A stretch of 64,000 bases of DNA from Ylistrum balloti (lineage: Eukaryota). Below are positions 12,301 through 26,000 of the stretch, in pieces; the first letter of the stretch is position 1, and each line of letters begins with the position of its first letter. The stretch covers positions 434,001-498,000 of the forward strand of contig NW_026781971.1 in NCBI RefSeq assembly GCF_031769215.1, given 5' to 3'. Under the pieces are notes generated by a model. The model made no database searches, was not told the DNA's origin, and saw only the letters and a program-made list of their open reading frames with translations. The position numbers and the translations under genes were made by a program.

Positions 12301-15300
12301 TATCCGTTATCATCGGAATTGCTTGAAAGTGCTCGTCATATGTCTAATGATTACCTTCATTCTTTCATACTAAGTTATTCTGACGTGTTATCAAGTGACA
12401 TTTGTTCATCGTTTATAGAAATCGAATACCAATATATATGTTATCTAATAAAAAGTTATTTCTACGGTAAAATAAATGCCAGTAACAGTAATTAAATAAC
12501 TTTCCATGTATGTTATAAGAATATTTATTGATAGGTATTAATAGATTAGTTGAAAATATACCAACATGGTTCTTATGGCTCAGCAAGTCTATAACATCAT
12601 ATTGGGCATAGTACAAAATGATTTGTGTAGCATAGGTGTGTCTATTAGACTTACTTGATTTTGTTGCGTAAGGCAGCTGACATTTGATTTTCAGTTAGAA
12701 GGTCTGTGATATTCGTAGAAGTGGTGTTGTTGGTAAAGTGCGTCGATTTAGATTGCCTTAGCTGGGATTTTAGATTATCTTTGATGTAAAGCGCCCGGAA
12801 TAGCTCTAACACGTTTGGATTTGATTCCCTGAAAACGAGTTCATTAAAGAAAAACATGAACAAAGGCGTACAGGTCAATTGCACCTTTTCATGCAAATTT
12901 AGAGTTAGATACAGTAGAGCCAAACAATAAATGAAATTGAGTCATAGACCTATTTCTTCCCTCTAGGACTCGTCAGAGATGCTGAGAGCCTAAATTTGGA
13001 AGCCTAGGAGGCGACCAAGGAAACTCCAGTGTTCGAAAGCAAGGTCAAAAGCTATGGTAAAATGCAGTAAGTAGATTGCAATTTGAAATACAAAAACTTC
13101 CGAGAATGTGAGCTTATAATCCAAATCGGGTTAAAGAGATATGAACTGTTTACTTACCAACAATTAGTGTTAACTTCGTCACCGCCTAGATGAACAAATC
13201 GATCCCTGAACACATTCGTTACTTCCTTGAGTAGTTTGCTGAGAACTTTGAACACATTTTCGTTGGTAGGATCTAACGGCCCGAGAAATGCTGGCACTGG
13301 TTTGTTATTATGATAGCATTGGGTCAGCAGGCTTGGATAGGAAAGACCCCAGGAGTATGTATGACCTAACGAACACAAGTAACGCCTAAGAAAAATAATT
13401 ACTTGCGAAAAAAATGTTAGCAAGTCATAACTACAAAAGACTATATTATTGTACACAGAGATATCTAAAATTGAGAAACACCAAAATATTTAATAGTAAA
13501 CACGTCTGTTGTGAATTATCGATTTATCAAAACATGGAATTGGTGTTGGCAAAGTTGCATTTTTTGCGAAAATATTGACAGAGAGCGAAAACATTTACGT
13601 ACCAAAAATGCATTCATAGAAATATTGTCAAAACTTGGGTATTCACATTGCGAATAGACTGAAAAGGCAATAAAACATGAAGACGACTTTTGTGCATAAA
13701 CTTGCCTGGTATATCAAACTCTGGTATGACGCGGATGCCCCGGAGACGTGCATATTCTATGACGTCATTGATGTCATCACGTGTGTAGACCATGTTTGGA
13801 TTGTATGCCCCCTGTAGTAAAAAATATCAAAAAATTATAATTTCGATTGTTTAATAAAACTAAATATCGAAACCATGGCTAAAAGCAATTGAAATATGAT
13901 GTTGTTTTCTGGTCTTCGACAAATTACTTTACTTAGCTAAATATTACTCTAACTGAAAAACTCTATTATGGGGAAACGACACTTACTCTTAACAGAAAAA
14001 TGAACAAATATTCTTGACCGTGCAAAATTATATCAAGCTCCGTAAACGTTTTACCTAATGGTTTTGGTCCTTTAGTTCTTATTACCATACTACACATCAT
14101 GTATTGTTTCATAGATCTGAAAGCTTTGTAAGGTAACCTTTTTTTACATACCAATGAATTAAGGCACCATAACCTAAGTTAGAAATTACATTTTGTAATT
14201 CTATCCACCACATGTGCGTAAGTTTATAGATATTATTGTTATGTGTAAATATTACTTTTTCGTCCAATGTCGATGTTAGGTGTTCCATTTCCGATTTATA
14301 TTTGTCTTTGTATGTACATGGGAAAGGAATTAATATAAGCTTTAAGCTTGTTTTCCCATCCCATAAGATTAAATGTACCTGTCTGTAACTAAATGCTAAT
14401 TATTGAATAAAATATTGTTTAAACTAAGGTATGTAAAATACAGTTCTCACCTTTTGACTGAAGTCAGGAAATTCGTCACTTTTGTAAGGGAATGACTGGT
14501 CATCTGTCAGATGCCAGTGTAAAACGTTCATCTTGTTTATCGCCATTCCTTCCTGTCAGTACAAAGTCAACAATATAAACAAGTACATTATTTGTATCCC
14601 TAGATGGTTTATGGGTTGCTAAAAATACGCACAGACATGCTTGGACAATGTATAATTCATGATGTCTCTATTCATATTTCGTTTAAACGTTGATTAAGTT
14701 AAACAAAAACTCCGTGAGGAAGATATTGACGACTCAATCTGCCTTATCATATATTCATAAATTTAAAAAAAAATTACAGATCATTGAATAATTTGCATAA
14801 TTATTCTAGTTTTATTTTCGATCTACTTTATTTTCGAACATCGAAAACTTACTGCTACTTTAATAAATCTTCTATGACTAAAACCTTACACATAGTTCGT
14901 AGAACTATTTCCACTATTTTAAAAATAGGTGATTTTCTTATCTTTAAAACTTTTTTTAAAAAAATAATCAAATAAATAATACTAGATTAAAAAAACTGGT
15001 AACCTACCAAGACGTCAAAGAGGACATCCTTCTGTATGTAATGTCGTGAAGAATCTATTAGAACTCCCCTGTGAGGAAACCTGGGGAAGTCTTCAATCAT
15101 TGTCTCCTTTATAAAGAACTGAATTTAGACAGATAGTATACAATTATATCAAGTCCCATTCAAGTTTTCTGCGTCATTAGATAATAGTTAAATTCATTAT
15201 CCAGCTCGTTGTGTGATTTTGAAATTGGGTTTTACGAAAGGTTTTTTTTCACTTTTTGTCTTTTTCACACTCTTAAAAAATATGTGATTTAAGACGTTTA

Positions 15301-16290
15301 GAAATCAATAATACTGCACTTGTATTGATATACCGTATATATTGCGAAATATGCTTTATAAAATTGAAAGCAGATAAAATTGGATCAGCTAAATTTCTCT
15401 CTTTAGACTCAACGAGTCACGTAATATCAGATAGTAATTTTAACTATACCAGACCATGATAATATGTCACAAGCTGACTGAGTGTTTCAAGACCACGGAC
15501 TACACCCCATTCCTCATCAGCACTCAACACAATTCCTGTAGAGTTCACTGTCAGCATGTCTACAATATATTTGATAATCATGTATTAGTGAAGATGTGCT
15601 TCAAGCCTGAAAAATATAATTAACATACACTCACCCGCTCCAAATGTTCAATTGAATATGTTCATTTCCAGCTAAAATATTCTAATTTCTTGAACAGAAA
15701 CCTTGTCTCCGGATGATGTAAATTTTTAAAATGCCTTTAGTCCAGAAATGGTCACATGATAGCTATTAAAATCGATAATACTAAACTGATAAGGACAATG
15801 TCGCCTTACTTACATGACTCGCTTGAATTCAGTGAAGGGAATGGATTGCACGTTGTCATAGATCGGTTTGCTGGAGTGACGTCACAGACGTAGTTCACTT
15901 GTATCGTGAGAATTTCTATATATTCAGCATTCATATAACTAAGTTCGTCTCTATCATACTGCATCTCCTTGTTAACGTCAGATTTGGGTGCGTTTCTAAA
16001 ATTTTCTTCTGTAACTTCAATGGAATGTTCAAAAATTATCTTTCTGTATCTAATTATAGCTTCGTTTATGACGTCATTTGTGACGTTTCTGTCGACTTTC
16101 ATTTTGAAGTAAGTAGGGTGTAGTCTAAACATAGTTTCCCGTGTTTTGTACTCCTGAGGTAGAGGCCAGGGTTCCCCCTGAGTTGCACGCAGAGCACGTT
16201 TAATATGAAGTCGGGAATCACCCCATGCGAACTCCACACCAAAACTTGCTTCAAGTTTTTTCCATCTTATGTATTCTCCGTTACCGTCAT
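9270..16290 (-). CDS. HEXA/HEXB-like: Beta-hexosaminidase (GH20) paralog 2; first exon not located, last exon may be spliced further at 9300
   Basis: Exons 16290-15814, 15559-15450, 15118-15008, 14552-14451, 13811-13706 (GC donor), 13365-13158, 12828-12655, 11833-11756, 11586-11496, 11059-10900, 10527-10434, 9930-9826, 9495-9270 join in frame (~680 codons). Motifs [66 protein letters not shown]. Confidence 0.93.
12036..12079 (-). ncRNA. Solo minimal type I hammerhead ribozyme, intact
   Basis: Minus strand reads GCATCA-CTGACGA-GTTC-TAGAA-GGAC-GAAAC-GGCT-GTA-TGATGC: 6-bp stem I, full core, stem II with one G.U pair, GUA site. Confidence 0.88.
12940..13020 (-). mobile_element. Degenerate hammerhead plus conserved flank (small dispersed element)
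   Basis: GCATCT-CTGACGA-GTCC-TAGAG-GGAA-GAAAT-AGGT-CTA-TGAC; adjacent plus-strand CCTAAATT...CCTAGGAGGCGAC is shared with 33626-33700. Confidence 0.65.
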
Positions 16291-18860
16291 CTTATTAAAA
16301 AAAATTAATACGTTAAAGCTAAACTAAAATATCTTCAAAAAATAGTTATGTACCAGCATCAAAATATTACACTTACTCGTCTTTGGGTTAAAGAAATAAA
16401 TGCCACCATATAGCTGCTAAGATTTTTGCAGTGGTTTTTTATGAAATGAGAAAAGTCGACGAAGGTTTTTGAATGTATACTAAGTATAGAAGACCTTACA
16501 CAAGTGTAAAGAGTTTTCACTCATATAAAATATTGATGAAATTAATTTTAGAATTTCTCATTTTACCGCAGTACTGAGAAATGAAAACCGTAGCGAGTTT
16601 CATAAAGCTCATATCAAATTTAAAAGAGTGTAATGTTCTGTTTGTTACATAATTTGGATGTTTTTGCAACCATTTCGAACACATTTTACTAAATTGGTCC
16701 AAATCTCAATTGACGATATTCTCACTCCGTTCGGTAACGCCATGTAGTTTCATAAATACCAGAGGAAATTAAAACGTTTGTGAGATTCTGTTTATAACAT
16801 AACTTGGGTACGATATTCCCATCCACACTATATCTCATTCTTTGGTGATGTCACAATAATCATGACGCCATGCAAGTATGACGTCACAACAAATGGAAGC
16901 CATCGACAATCATAACTGCACTATGCAATTTTACACAAGTGTGATAAAAAAATAAGTATTATGTGTCATTACACAGGTAACAAGGTGGTATATGTTCGTT
17001 ATTATTTGTCTTAGTGTCTGTTCGGACAAAGAGATATGTGGTAACAGAAATTAATATTTCCTTGACGGAAACAGAAAATGGTACTTTTTACAATGACTCA
17101 CCGATTATCAACGCCGCTTTTCTCTTCTGATCTTCAACAAGTGCTTTAAGTATGAAACTTTGGTCAGGGACGGGTTTGAACACCGGACCACACTGACCAA
17201 TATCCACTAAACACGTGACCAAAAGTATGTATACAATAGCTGACGTCATCGTCCGTTTAGTTCACTAAACTATATTTAGCATCTATATATGTCTTACATT
17301 TTATTGTGTGTGACAAGAAATGCGAAACACATGATATCTCGAAGTCTTTATAACACGTAACATGTGGATACCTCGATTTTCAGATATTTTTACGGTCCAA
17401 ATGTTTCCTCGGTGACATCATGAACTTCACGTCTACCTTTTTCACCGACAATCACAAATATGACACGTGATAAATGTAGATTCTAGTAGTTCTATGTTAT
17501 TGTTATATAACACAACTTCTACCAAGAGACAGGATACCTCGAATTCAGAATCTTTCAATTTGATACGGGAAATACAACGGGGCCAGAACTATCTAGACAC
17601 AGGAAACACGACATATCGAGTCTGGTAGTTCCCACTTGTGCACGATTTGAAATCTGAATGATCAACTTCTTCAACAATATTGAATAGTGCAAATAAACAC
17701 ATCCGGATCAAAACAAATTATTTCCTGTGACAATCACTATATATACAAATGGTCAATGTTGACATAATTCACACTACTTATTCTCCATGTATCTCCAATA
17801 GAACAACGTGTTTATAGCAGGGAGTACACACTAACTTCTCTTTATTTAAAAGCCTTAACTGGAGCACAATAGCGTGTGTCACTTTAAACATTTAATCCAC
17901 CTGCAGATTGAGATAGTGTCAGTTCATCGACCCTGACGGTCACAAGGAATTCTTTTCAACACGTCTCAATAGTTTGATATATTTCCAAACATTTAAAATG
18001 AATGATATTGTTCTACTTATTTTACAATCGGAATACAGTGGGTGGTGCAGATTCTACAGTCTTTTTTTCAGTTGGTTACACTGCAGTACAAATCACACAT
18101 TTAAAAATGGACACAAGCAAAATATTCTCATTTTGATTCTCAATATCTACGTTTTTTTCATTATTGATTCAGTTGTAACAACTGTGCATCATATTACGGT
18201 AGCTTAATCCGACGTTAAAAAGGTCTTATTTAAACTACTGATATCTTTTTATTTGGAAAAAATATCACCATTAAAACACACTTTAAAAATAAAAAAAAAT
18301 ATTTCAATTTCGATTAATAAAATCGATTTAAACAAAGAACGAATTCAAATGTAATTGAAATTATTTTATCAAGAAACAACTGAAAGAATATGTGCCTGTG
18401 TATTAAGGCAGACGGATATATTTACCTGGGTAGTAGGATTGATAGTATGTATATGACAATATAGGTTCATTACCTTGCTGACCTATTTGTTATAAGGTAA
18501 CACAATAACACAAACACGTGAACCGTGACAACTAGTCTACCTTTAATATTAAGTAACAAATAATTAATGAATGTTAATTCTCAAGTTCAGTTAGTATTGA
18601 CATTTTAATTAAGTTCCCGGTGTGTGTATAGTTGAAATAAAAAATTTGAAAAAAAAAATTGTCTTTAATTGCCATGTACAGATAGACGAGACCTCTGTCG
18701 TAATATTAGTCTCTTTATAGATTCTGGCAGCTGAACCTTAGATCAGTTTGTTAAACATTAACTAGATAATGACATTTCATTTATCAAACATGAAAATAGT
18801 GTATACTATACGGAATATTATTATATAACTTTTTTCTACATGTAAGTAATGAATGTAACT

Positions 18861-18903
18861 GCATCATACACTGTTTCGTCCTTACAGGACTCGTAAGTGA
18901 TGC
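18861..18903 (-). ncRNA. Hammerhead ribozyme copy with a core substitution
   Basis: GCATCA-CTTACGA-GTCC-TGTAA-GGAC-GAAAC-AGT-GTA-TGATGC; G5>U in the core, stems I and II perfect. Confidence 0.75.
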
Positions 18904-19326
18904 CAAGAACCTAAATGTATTTTCCCTGTCCTGTAAAACAGAGGGGTCTCGTGCAACATATTTTATTTAAAAATCATATTTTTTCTGTATTCTCTATAAT
19001 TACAAATTGGAATTACAAATATTTTCCCAATTTTTCTCTGTTATCTGACAAGTTTTACGATCACGAACGAACTCCGCTTACAGCGAAATAGAATCAAAAT
19101 AAGAAAGCAACATAGATGTATTAAATAGTTATCTTTATGTCAATGTCAAAATTCAAAAGTGTTTTCTGATAATAAATTCATCATCTCCCGTAGTTATTTC
19201 ACAATTGAATGATGCGAGTTTCTTCCTACATTTCCGTATGATGCACATTACGTCAATATATGACTACACTCAGTTTAAACTTTCATGCACATTTTGTCTT
19301 TTGTGCTATCAATGCAGGACAAACAA

Positions 19327-19560
19327 ACAGGTAATTCTATTCATACAGGTAATATCATTCATACAGGTAATAGCATTCATACAGGTAATTGCATTAATAT
19401 AGGTAATTCTATTCATACAGGTTTTTCCATCCATACAGGTAATTACATTCATACAGGTAATTGCAATAATAAAGGTAATTATATTCAAACGGGTAATAGC
19501 ATTCATACAGGTAATTGCAATAATAAAGGTAATTCTTTTCATACAGTTAATTCTATTCAG
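19327..19560. repeat. 18-bp minisatellite, 13 copies (ACAGGTAATNNNATTCAT)
   Basis: Direct reading; open in both orientations. Confidence 0.93.
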
Positions 19561-19942
19561 AAGAGTTTCAACAATAAACATGTTAATTATAAGCTGATAT
19601 GACTTAATAACATCACAATGAGATTCTTTCTTGTTGATCAATCAGTTCATATTTATATGGCCTGTAACGAATATTGTCAGAAATTATGAATAATGGTGAC
19701 TTCTCACGTCAAATGATCAACGCTGAACTACCCTTATATGTTGTATACATACTTTTTTACGAATACGTTCAAAATTGAGAACATAAGATTTTCTTTCCTT
19801 TTTTTGCCCCATCCCACATTCGGTTTAGTCAAGAGATAAAATTGAAACATTGCCATACTGCACTAGTACTAGTAGTAGTGTACGACTGTGTAAATCCGAC
19901 ACATATGTTATATAGATACACTTGTGAAACTTATCATATTTC

Positions 19943-19975
19943 CTGACAAGTCCTAGGGGGACGAAAAAGTCAGTT
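19943..19975 (+). ncRNA. Degenerate hammerhead core remnant
   Basis: CTGACAA-GTCC-TAGGG-GGAC-GAAAA; G8>A, stem II intact, stems I and III not recognisable. Confidence 0.5.
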
Positions 19976-22699
19976 GGTCAGTTTAAATAACTTTCAATTA
20001 TACTTTATCATTTCTAACATGTATATAAATGTATTATTAACGTGTGTGTCCATCTTTTTAAAACAAATTGAAGAATGTTGATGTCATATTACAACCAAAA
20101 AATCTATTGCCAAATAACATGATGACAACGTTTCATTATTTACCATTTTGATATCACGATCGTTTAGGATTAGTATTTTCTGTTCAATAAGCGTTTACGT
20201 ATAAAAATGAAGCCGTACTTCATATACGACAATGATAATGAAACAAAGGGAACTAACTCCTGTCTTTTACATGATAAAAATGAAATAAATGTTCCTGTGT
20301 TGTATTATTGTATTGTAGTCGACTGGTTTTTACCTTATTTATAACATTTTCATTATTTATTCGAAGGAAAGTAGACGAAGTGACACTGATGGAGTATCAC
20401 ATTGTCAGACACGTGACTGTATCAACTTGTATAATGTTACGGTAATGGTAAGTGCATCTACACCTAACCTGTTTGTAAATAGAAATATTCGATTTGTTTA
20501 AGCATTCTATTTCCACAATATGTTTCCTTGACACGCTCACCATAAAGTGCTGACTGAATGAATAATTGTTTGTTTCAAATCACGTTTACACTTACTTTTG
20601 AAATAGCGGTATTTTAAGTAACAAAAAGCAAACGATAAGATATCATATTCTAAAAATACCACAACGTTGTATAAAATGCATTAGTACTTCAGAAATTGTA
20701 CGATGTTAAGTAATAAACATTGGCTTTGAATAAAGAGATATTTAAATATGAATCGATTTTGAAATAATCAAACTATGGATATTTCATTGAATTTGTTCTG
20801 AAGTTACTTTATATGATGCGGTGACGTAACAACATATGAGGTGTCTTGAAATATCCTGTAGAGCTGAAGACACCGTTATGCTTTTAAAGAAATCTCATTC
20901 TATCAACATGGTTGTCATATCAGACCCTCCATGGTGAATAAAAAATAGCTATCACACGACATTTTCAAATATGTTTTCCATTGTGCCTACTTCATTTAAG
21001 AATATTTTTTAAAAACAAATCAGTCTCCAGTGTCTGTGAATGTGTATCACAGAATTTGTTTTTTTCAAGTCAGTAAACGATGAATACCACTATGAAAATA
21101 TATTGATGTTGTTATATGTGAACTTTACTGATGTACAGGTAAGCTATAGTTCTATTTCTGTTGTGTCTTTACACAATGACTTGAACAGCAGAAACAAACA
21201 CTGAACGCTTCAATCGAAACAGACTTCAACAAGTCGAAGGGTGTCGACTGCTGTTTAGAAGGCTTACAACCTAGAGAATTTGGTGGATTCAGGTTAATGA
21301 AGAGTATGCACGGTTTTATGGTCTCGCCGTGATCCTATTTGGATACGTCCTTTTGGTATATGAATTTGAACATCTAAAATGGGACTTGATATCACATATA
21401 CTGACATGACGTGTGATGGCGATGAAGCAGAAGATGCTTACCCTTTCGGTACACCTGGTCTTATAATCTGTATTCTTTCTTTGGATTATACTTTTTCTCG
21501 TCTCATCGCCTTCGAGTTTAAATTATGATTATGTTAACATGGCGATATTTTCCCTCGATTTCAGTGACACGTTTAAGCCAATTTCAATATCATGTCTATC
21601 ATTAACCACATCTTCAATGAATAAATAATTCACTTAGAAAACGAATGCTTTAAAATTTGCAATTATATAAGTGCGTTTTACAGAGTGATGTTATTATTCC
21701 TGTCTTTAAAGGGTTCGCTAACCAAAGTAATGATACCTGTAGAAATTGATTTCCCACCAGGGCCCTGCGAAAAAAGGACGACAACATAAAACAAACATTT
21801 CTCAACTGATAGTAACGAATGCATGAAAGTGATGTAAGTGATGTTGAGCTATAGTCAACATACCCTTTTCCTTAGACTTACTCTCATGTATATCAGACAA
21901 AACATTTGAAAACAAATTTTTTTTCGCAGATATACATTATTTACAATGAGAAACAATACCAGTTGAACGATATCGCTTTTAACCACTTTCATTTACTCTT
22001 GGCGTTCTTCTAAGATGATCAGTAATATGAAAAAACGAAATATATTGAATTCTCGTTCTAATGCTTCTCTCAATCTACATTTCTTTTTGTCGATTTGGAT
22101 TTTCTGCTTCTCCTAGATTCAAAAATTTAAGTCCTTAGCATATTTACGGAGTCCTTGAAGGACGACAACTTAATGTCATGGATTTAAAAACGATTTTCCT
22201 ATTTTTAAGGCTGAAAGGGGTATGCAATATAGAGTGAAATTGCAGTTGCAAATAATTGAAACCTTTGATTGTTTAAAAAAAAATATCAAAAGTGACCAGA
22301 AGTTAATTGCCACAAAAATCAATCAGCTGCCTACGATGGCTTATATTGAAAAGCCTATTTACGTATTTTTGAAGGAAAATGGTATATTGATACAGCAAGG
22401 CTAGTAAGCTCAGAGTTGATTAGCTGTATCTTAAAAAAGACTCAAAGAGACAGTATCTTGTCCCTTCATTATAAGTCACTATTGACTGTTGTCTATACAC
22501 CTTTACACATCAAAGGCTTTGTTGTGAAGACTGACTGACAGAAAAAAGACGATACGTGACAATCCAATACACGAAGAAGATGTAAAACGACGTTTTTCAT
22601 GTAAACATGTACTACTTCAGTACTGTATTGATTTTCTTATGTAAATGTATTTCTGTTATCAGCCTGAAATAACAAGAAAATGCCAACATTTCAACAGAA

Positions 22700-23050
22700 T
22701 AATAATCCAATTTCAGATTCAATCAAAAATGATGAACAAAAGAAAATAATACACGGAAACTTCTGAAAATGTACAAGGTGAATAAAACCAAGTGTTCCCG
22801 AAGAGAAAACGCCTTCTGCTTCACTGCCGACAACAGCCATGTTAATCTTGCTAAATCAAAGCAAGTAATGTCATGTTTCAAAATGAGAACAAGGCACGCA
22901 GACAGGTAGAACCATCAGGCATTCTATAGAGCATCAAACACGTCCAACTTTATTTCGCACAAAGAAATAGAATTTTACAAAGAGATCATTATGACGATCG
23001 TAAAACTTCCTCGTTAATTTCATCAAGATGTATCAACGAAAACCATGTGT
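22700..23050 (-). mobile_element. Dispersed ~150-350 bp element; other copies at ~10040-10200, 21400-21465, 35200-35420, 36140-36410
   Basis: Shared core resembling TTACATGGCGGTTGTCG-N-GATGAAGCAGAAGACGCTTACCCTTCCGGAACACCTG; longer copies also share GCATCAAACACGTCCAAC and TTATGACGA(C/T)C-TAAAA. Class not established. Confidence 0.6.
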
Positions 23051-26000
23051 TGTGAGTATGTCTGCCATTTGCCAACATCTTGAAAACCTTGAGCTATGGG
23101 TAATTTTTTCTCGTTGTTTTTATGTTGGGGTATTTTTTTAATCAGGGACACAAAATGCCGAAGTAAGGCAATTGACCCCGTCCTGTCCACGTCAGTTTAT
23201 GGCACCAAAAATACAATAGCAAAGCCAGTACACTACGAGGACATCTTATATGGCTCTGCTTTCTTTATCAAGGGTTTACATCCTTGTAGCAGTTGCTTTC
23301 AGAAAACTGTTGTTTCGAAGATTCATTTTAGGGCACACAATGTATCAAGAAACGATTTGTTCTTGTTGATTGTAAAACTACATAAGTTTGTAATAAAAAG
23401 TGTGTTTAACCCTTTAACAATGAACTACCTAGTTAAGGTTTTCTTCAGTTGGACCGATAACTCTCAAGTCATGGTTTTCTAGATGTACATCAATGAATCA
23501 CTAGAAAAGGGATTTCTTCTTTTTTTTCCGGTCGACTACTTAAGGTTGATAAATCGTTGACCGATCGACAACTAATGTAAGGCTTTCGACCAATATACTT
23601 CATAGAAATGTTATCGACTCGATACTTCACTTGTTGACCGGTATGCTTCCTAGATAGGCAGTTCTTTTTTTAACTAATCATCTACTTATTGACGATAATT
23701 CTTCATACACAGGGATATATACAATGTACAATTAACTGAGTCAAGAATTTCTTCTGTTGACCTATAATCTTATTTCGAAATTTCTAACTATTGACTAAAC
23801 CATAAAATAGATGAAGCCTAGTCACACATTAATATGTATTGAGTCTTGCTCTCCCGAGGCTTGCCAACTTATATAGTTTTGGAATATTCATTCGATATCA
23901 ATGAATTCTTGCAGTGATATCATCTCTTCCCTTCTCTCTTAAGGATATGACAAGGCAATCTTTCCCTAATAAAAGTGTGGATACACCTGTCCGGGGTAAG
24001 AGAATAACCTAGACAAGCTGCTCTTCATAGGAGGTTTCGAGTTCAGCCATGTTGCAATAATCATCACGACTAGACATCAAACTATACTATGACTTAATAT
24101 AGCCTATGTACAGTGTGTCTAAGCGATGTTTTTGTCTATTCTTTAATGTTAATACTATTGGATTATTTGAGAACCAGTTATCAACGAAATCAGATGCCAA
24201 AGAACTACTGCAGTGGAAACAAAGAAATTCGAAAACATAAAATTTATAGTATAGGAAAATCCAATTCTTCCGGAACACTGTTCTTGCATGACACATTTTC
24301 TCTTGTTTCCTTGTTTGGGTCTACTGTATCTCACTCTAAATTATGAAAAGGTGTTATTCACTTGTGTGTCTGTTGTACAATCTTTGTCAGGTCAATGGTT
24401 CTGGTTACTTTGTTTTGCTTAATACACTTACTGGGTGACAGAACTTGCCAACATACAATCGATAGAATCATACAGAATACAGGTTAAGGAATATTCAATC
24501 AAGTTTTTTTCTAAAACTCACGATCGATAGTGCATAACATCTAAAAGTCAAAACAAACGGATATATATAATAAATGATGAAGAGTGTTTGTTATCTAATA
24601 CACAAGACATTTTGTAAAACACAATTTCCACGTATTTTTATGATTCTTTAAATGGAAACTTGATTTTTTTATGATTTTAAAATGTCATGTGTACCTTTGA
24701 TGATGAAACAATAAATTTGCATAATGTCATTGACAACCAATTAGGTACACTAATAATGATGAATATACTTTGTCCGGTCAATGTTTTTTTTAAATAAGAT
24801 CATCAAATACTTGGACAGTTATAAATATTTCACTTTCCCATGTCGAGTTCCTTCTTCAGTCGGTTTATCCCTGAAAGTTTTGTATGCGAAAATGTCGGGA
24901 GAATAATAAAGAACTTGCACGGATCTACCATTAACCCACACGTCCTTAAAAATCGATTACCTCTTCATTTTAACCGTAGTCTATTGTAAATTTCGTAATC
25001 TGATATCTGTCAAAATATCTTTTAATGTTTGATGCCAGTAAGGTGAGTTTATTTGCATCACACTACAATTTTTGTCTTTGATGTTATCATTCATTTGGTT
25101 ATGTAATTACACTTGCTGAAGAGCTCGATTGATACAAACAATAAAGGAATGGAATGAGATATGCTACCATATTTGACTTTTCTCAATATACGTGCTAAAT
25201 CGTGCGGTTTTTATACCATTTATAAAGATATCTAGAGATATCTAAAGGTACCAAGATATCTAAACCGGAGTGAAGTAGACGTGGTTTTATCTACTCTATA
25301 CGATCACAAAATATCTATTACCCCAATCGATTTTGAATAAATCATAAAGTTTATTCAGATTTCTGACTCGCTGGAATTTTATCCAATCACATCGCAATAG
25401 AAAACATCATTCCATTATCTGAAATACAAAATGCAAATAACATTAATTTGATCATAAGTAGATGGTTATGGTTTGATGTTAAAAAATTATCAATCTGTAA
25501 CAATTCGTGTATCATACATTTTTGGAACAGAAACCCGATGTTATCAGTAAGGAATAAGGAGACTTTGTGCTATATTGAAAACATAGCGATATGAACTGTT
25601 TTGAGTTATGGTTGATACATACCGTAGTATGAAAGAAACAGAGCAATGCATATAATTTCAAAATATATTTTATTAATAAAATAGAACTGACAAATAGAAA
25701 AAAAAGCACATCGAATTTAATCAAACAATCCTATCTATCGTGAAATACACAACGATTTAACAACGATGCTATCACGTGCGAAATCAAATATCTAATTACA
25801 TGCGAATCGATCACTAATTTTTTTTCTCCTCTTCTCGTTTTTCTTACTTTTATTTTTACATTTGTCAGACTTTTTTTGTCTGTTTGTTTGTATTATCCCC
25901 ACATAAAGATATCATATGTACGTTTTCCCCTATATTGAGAGAAAATGGTAAATCATTACATTCAAACTCTCAACATAGGTTTTAAAATTTTTTCTTTATG

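Noticed and set aside
16377-16530. First exon of hex2
   Set aside because: Donors at 16377 and 16500 either mismatch the required phase 1 when started from an ATG, hit an upstream stop, or encode no signal peptide; left unresolved.
24780-25030. Retroviral protease-like VWVNGRSVQVL on minus strand
   Set aside because: No D(T/S)G motif, several stops, no other pol remnants.
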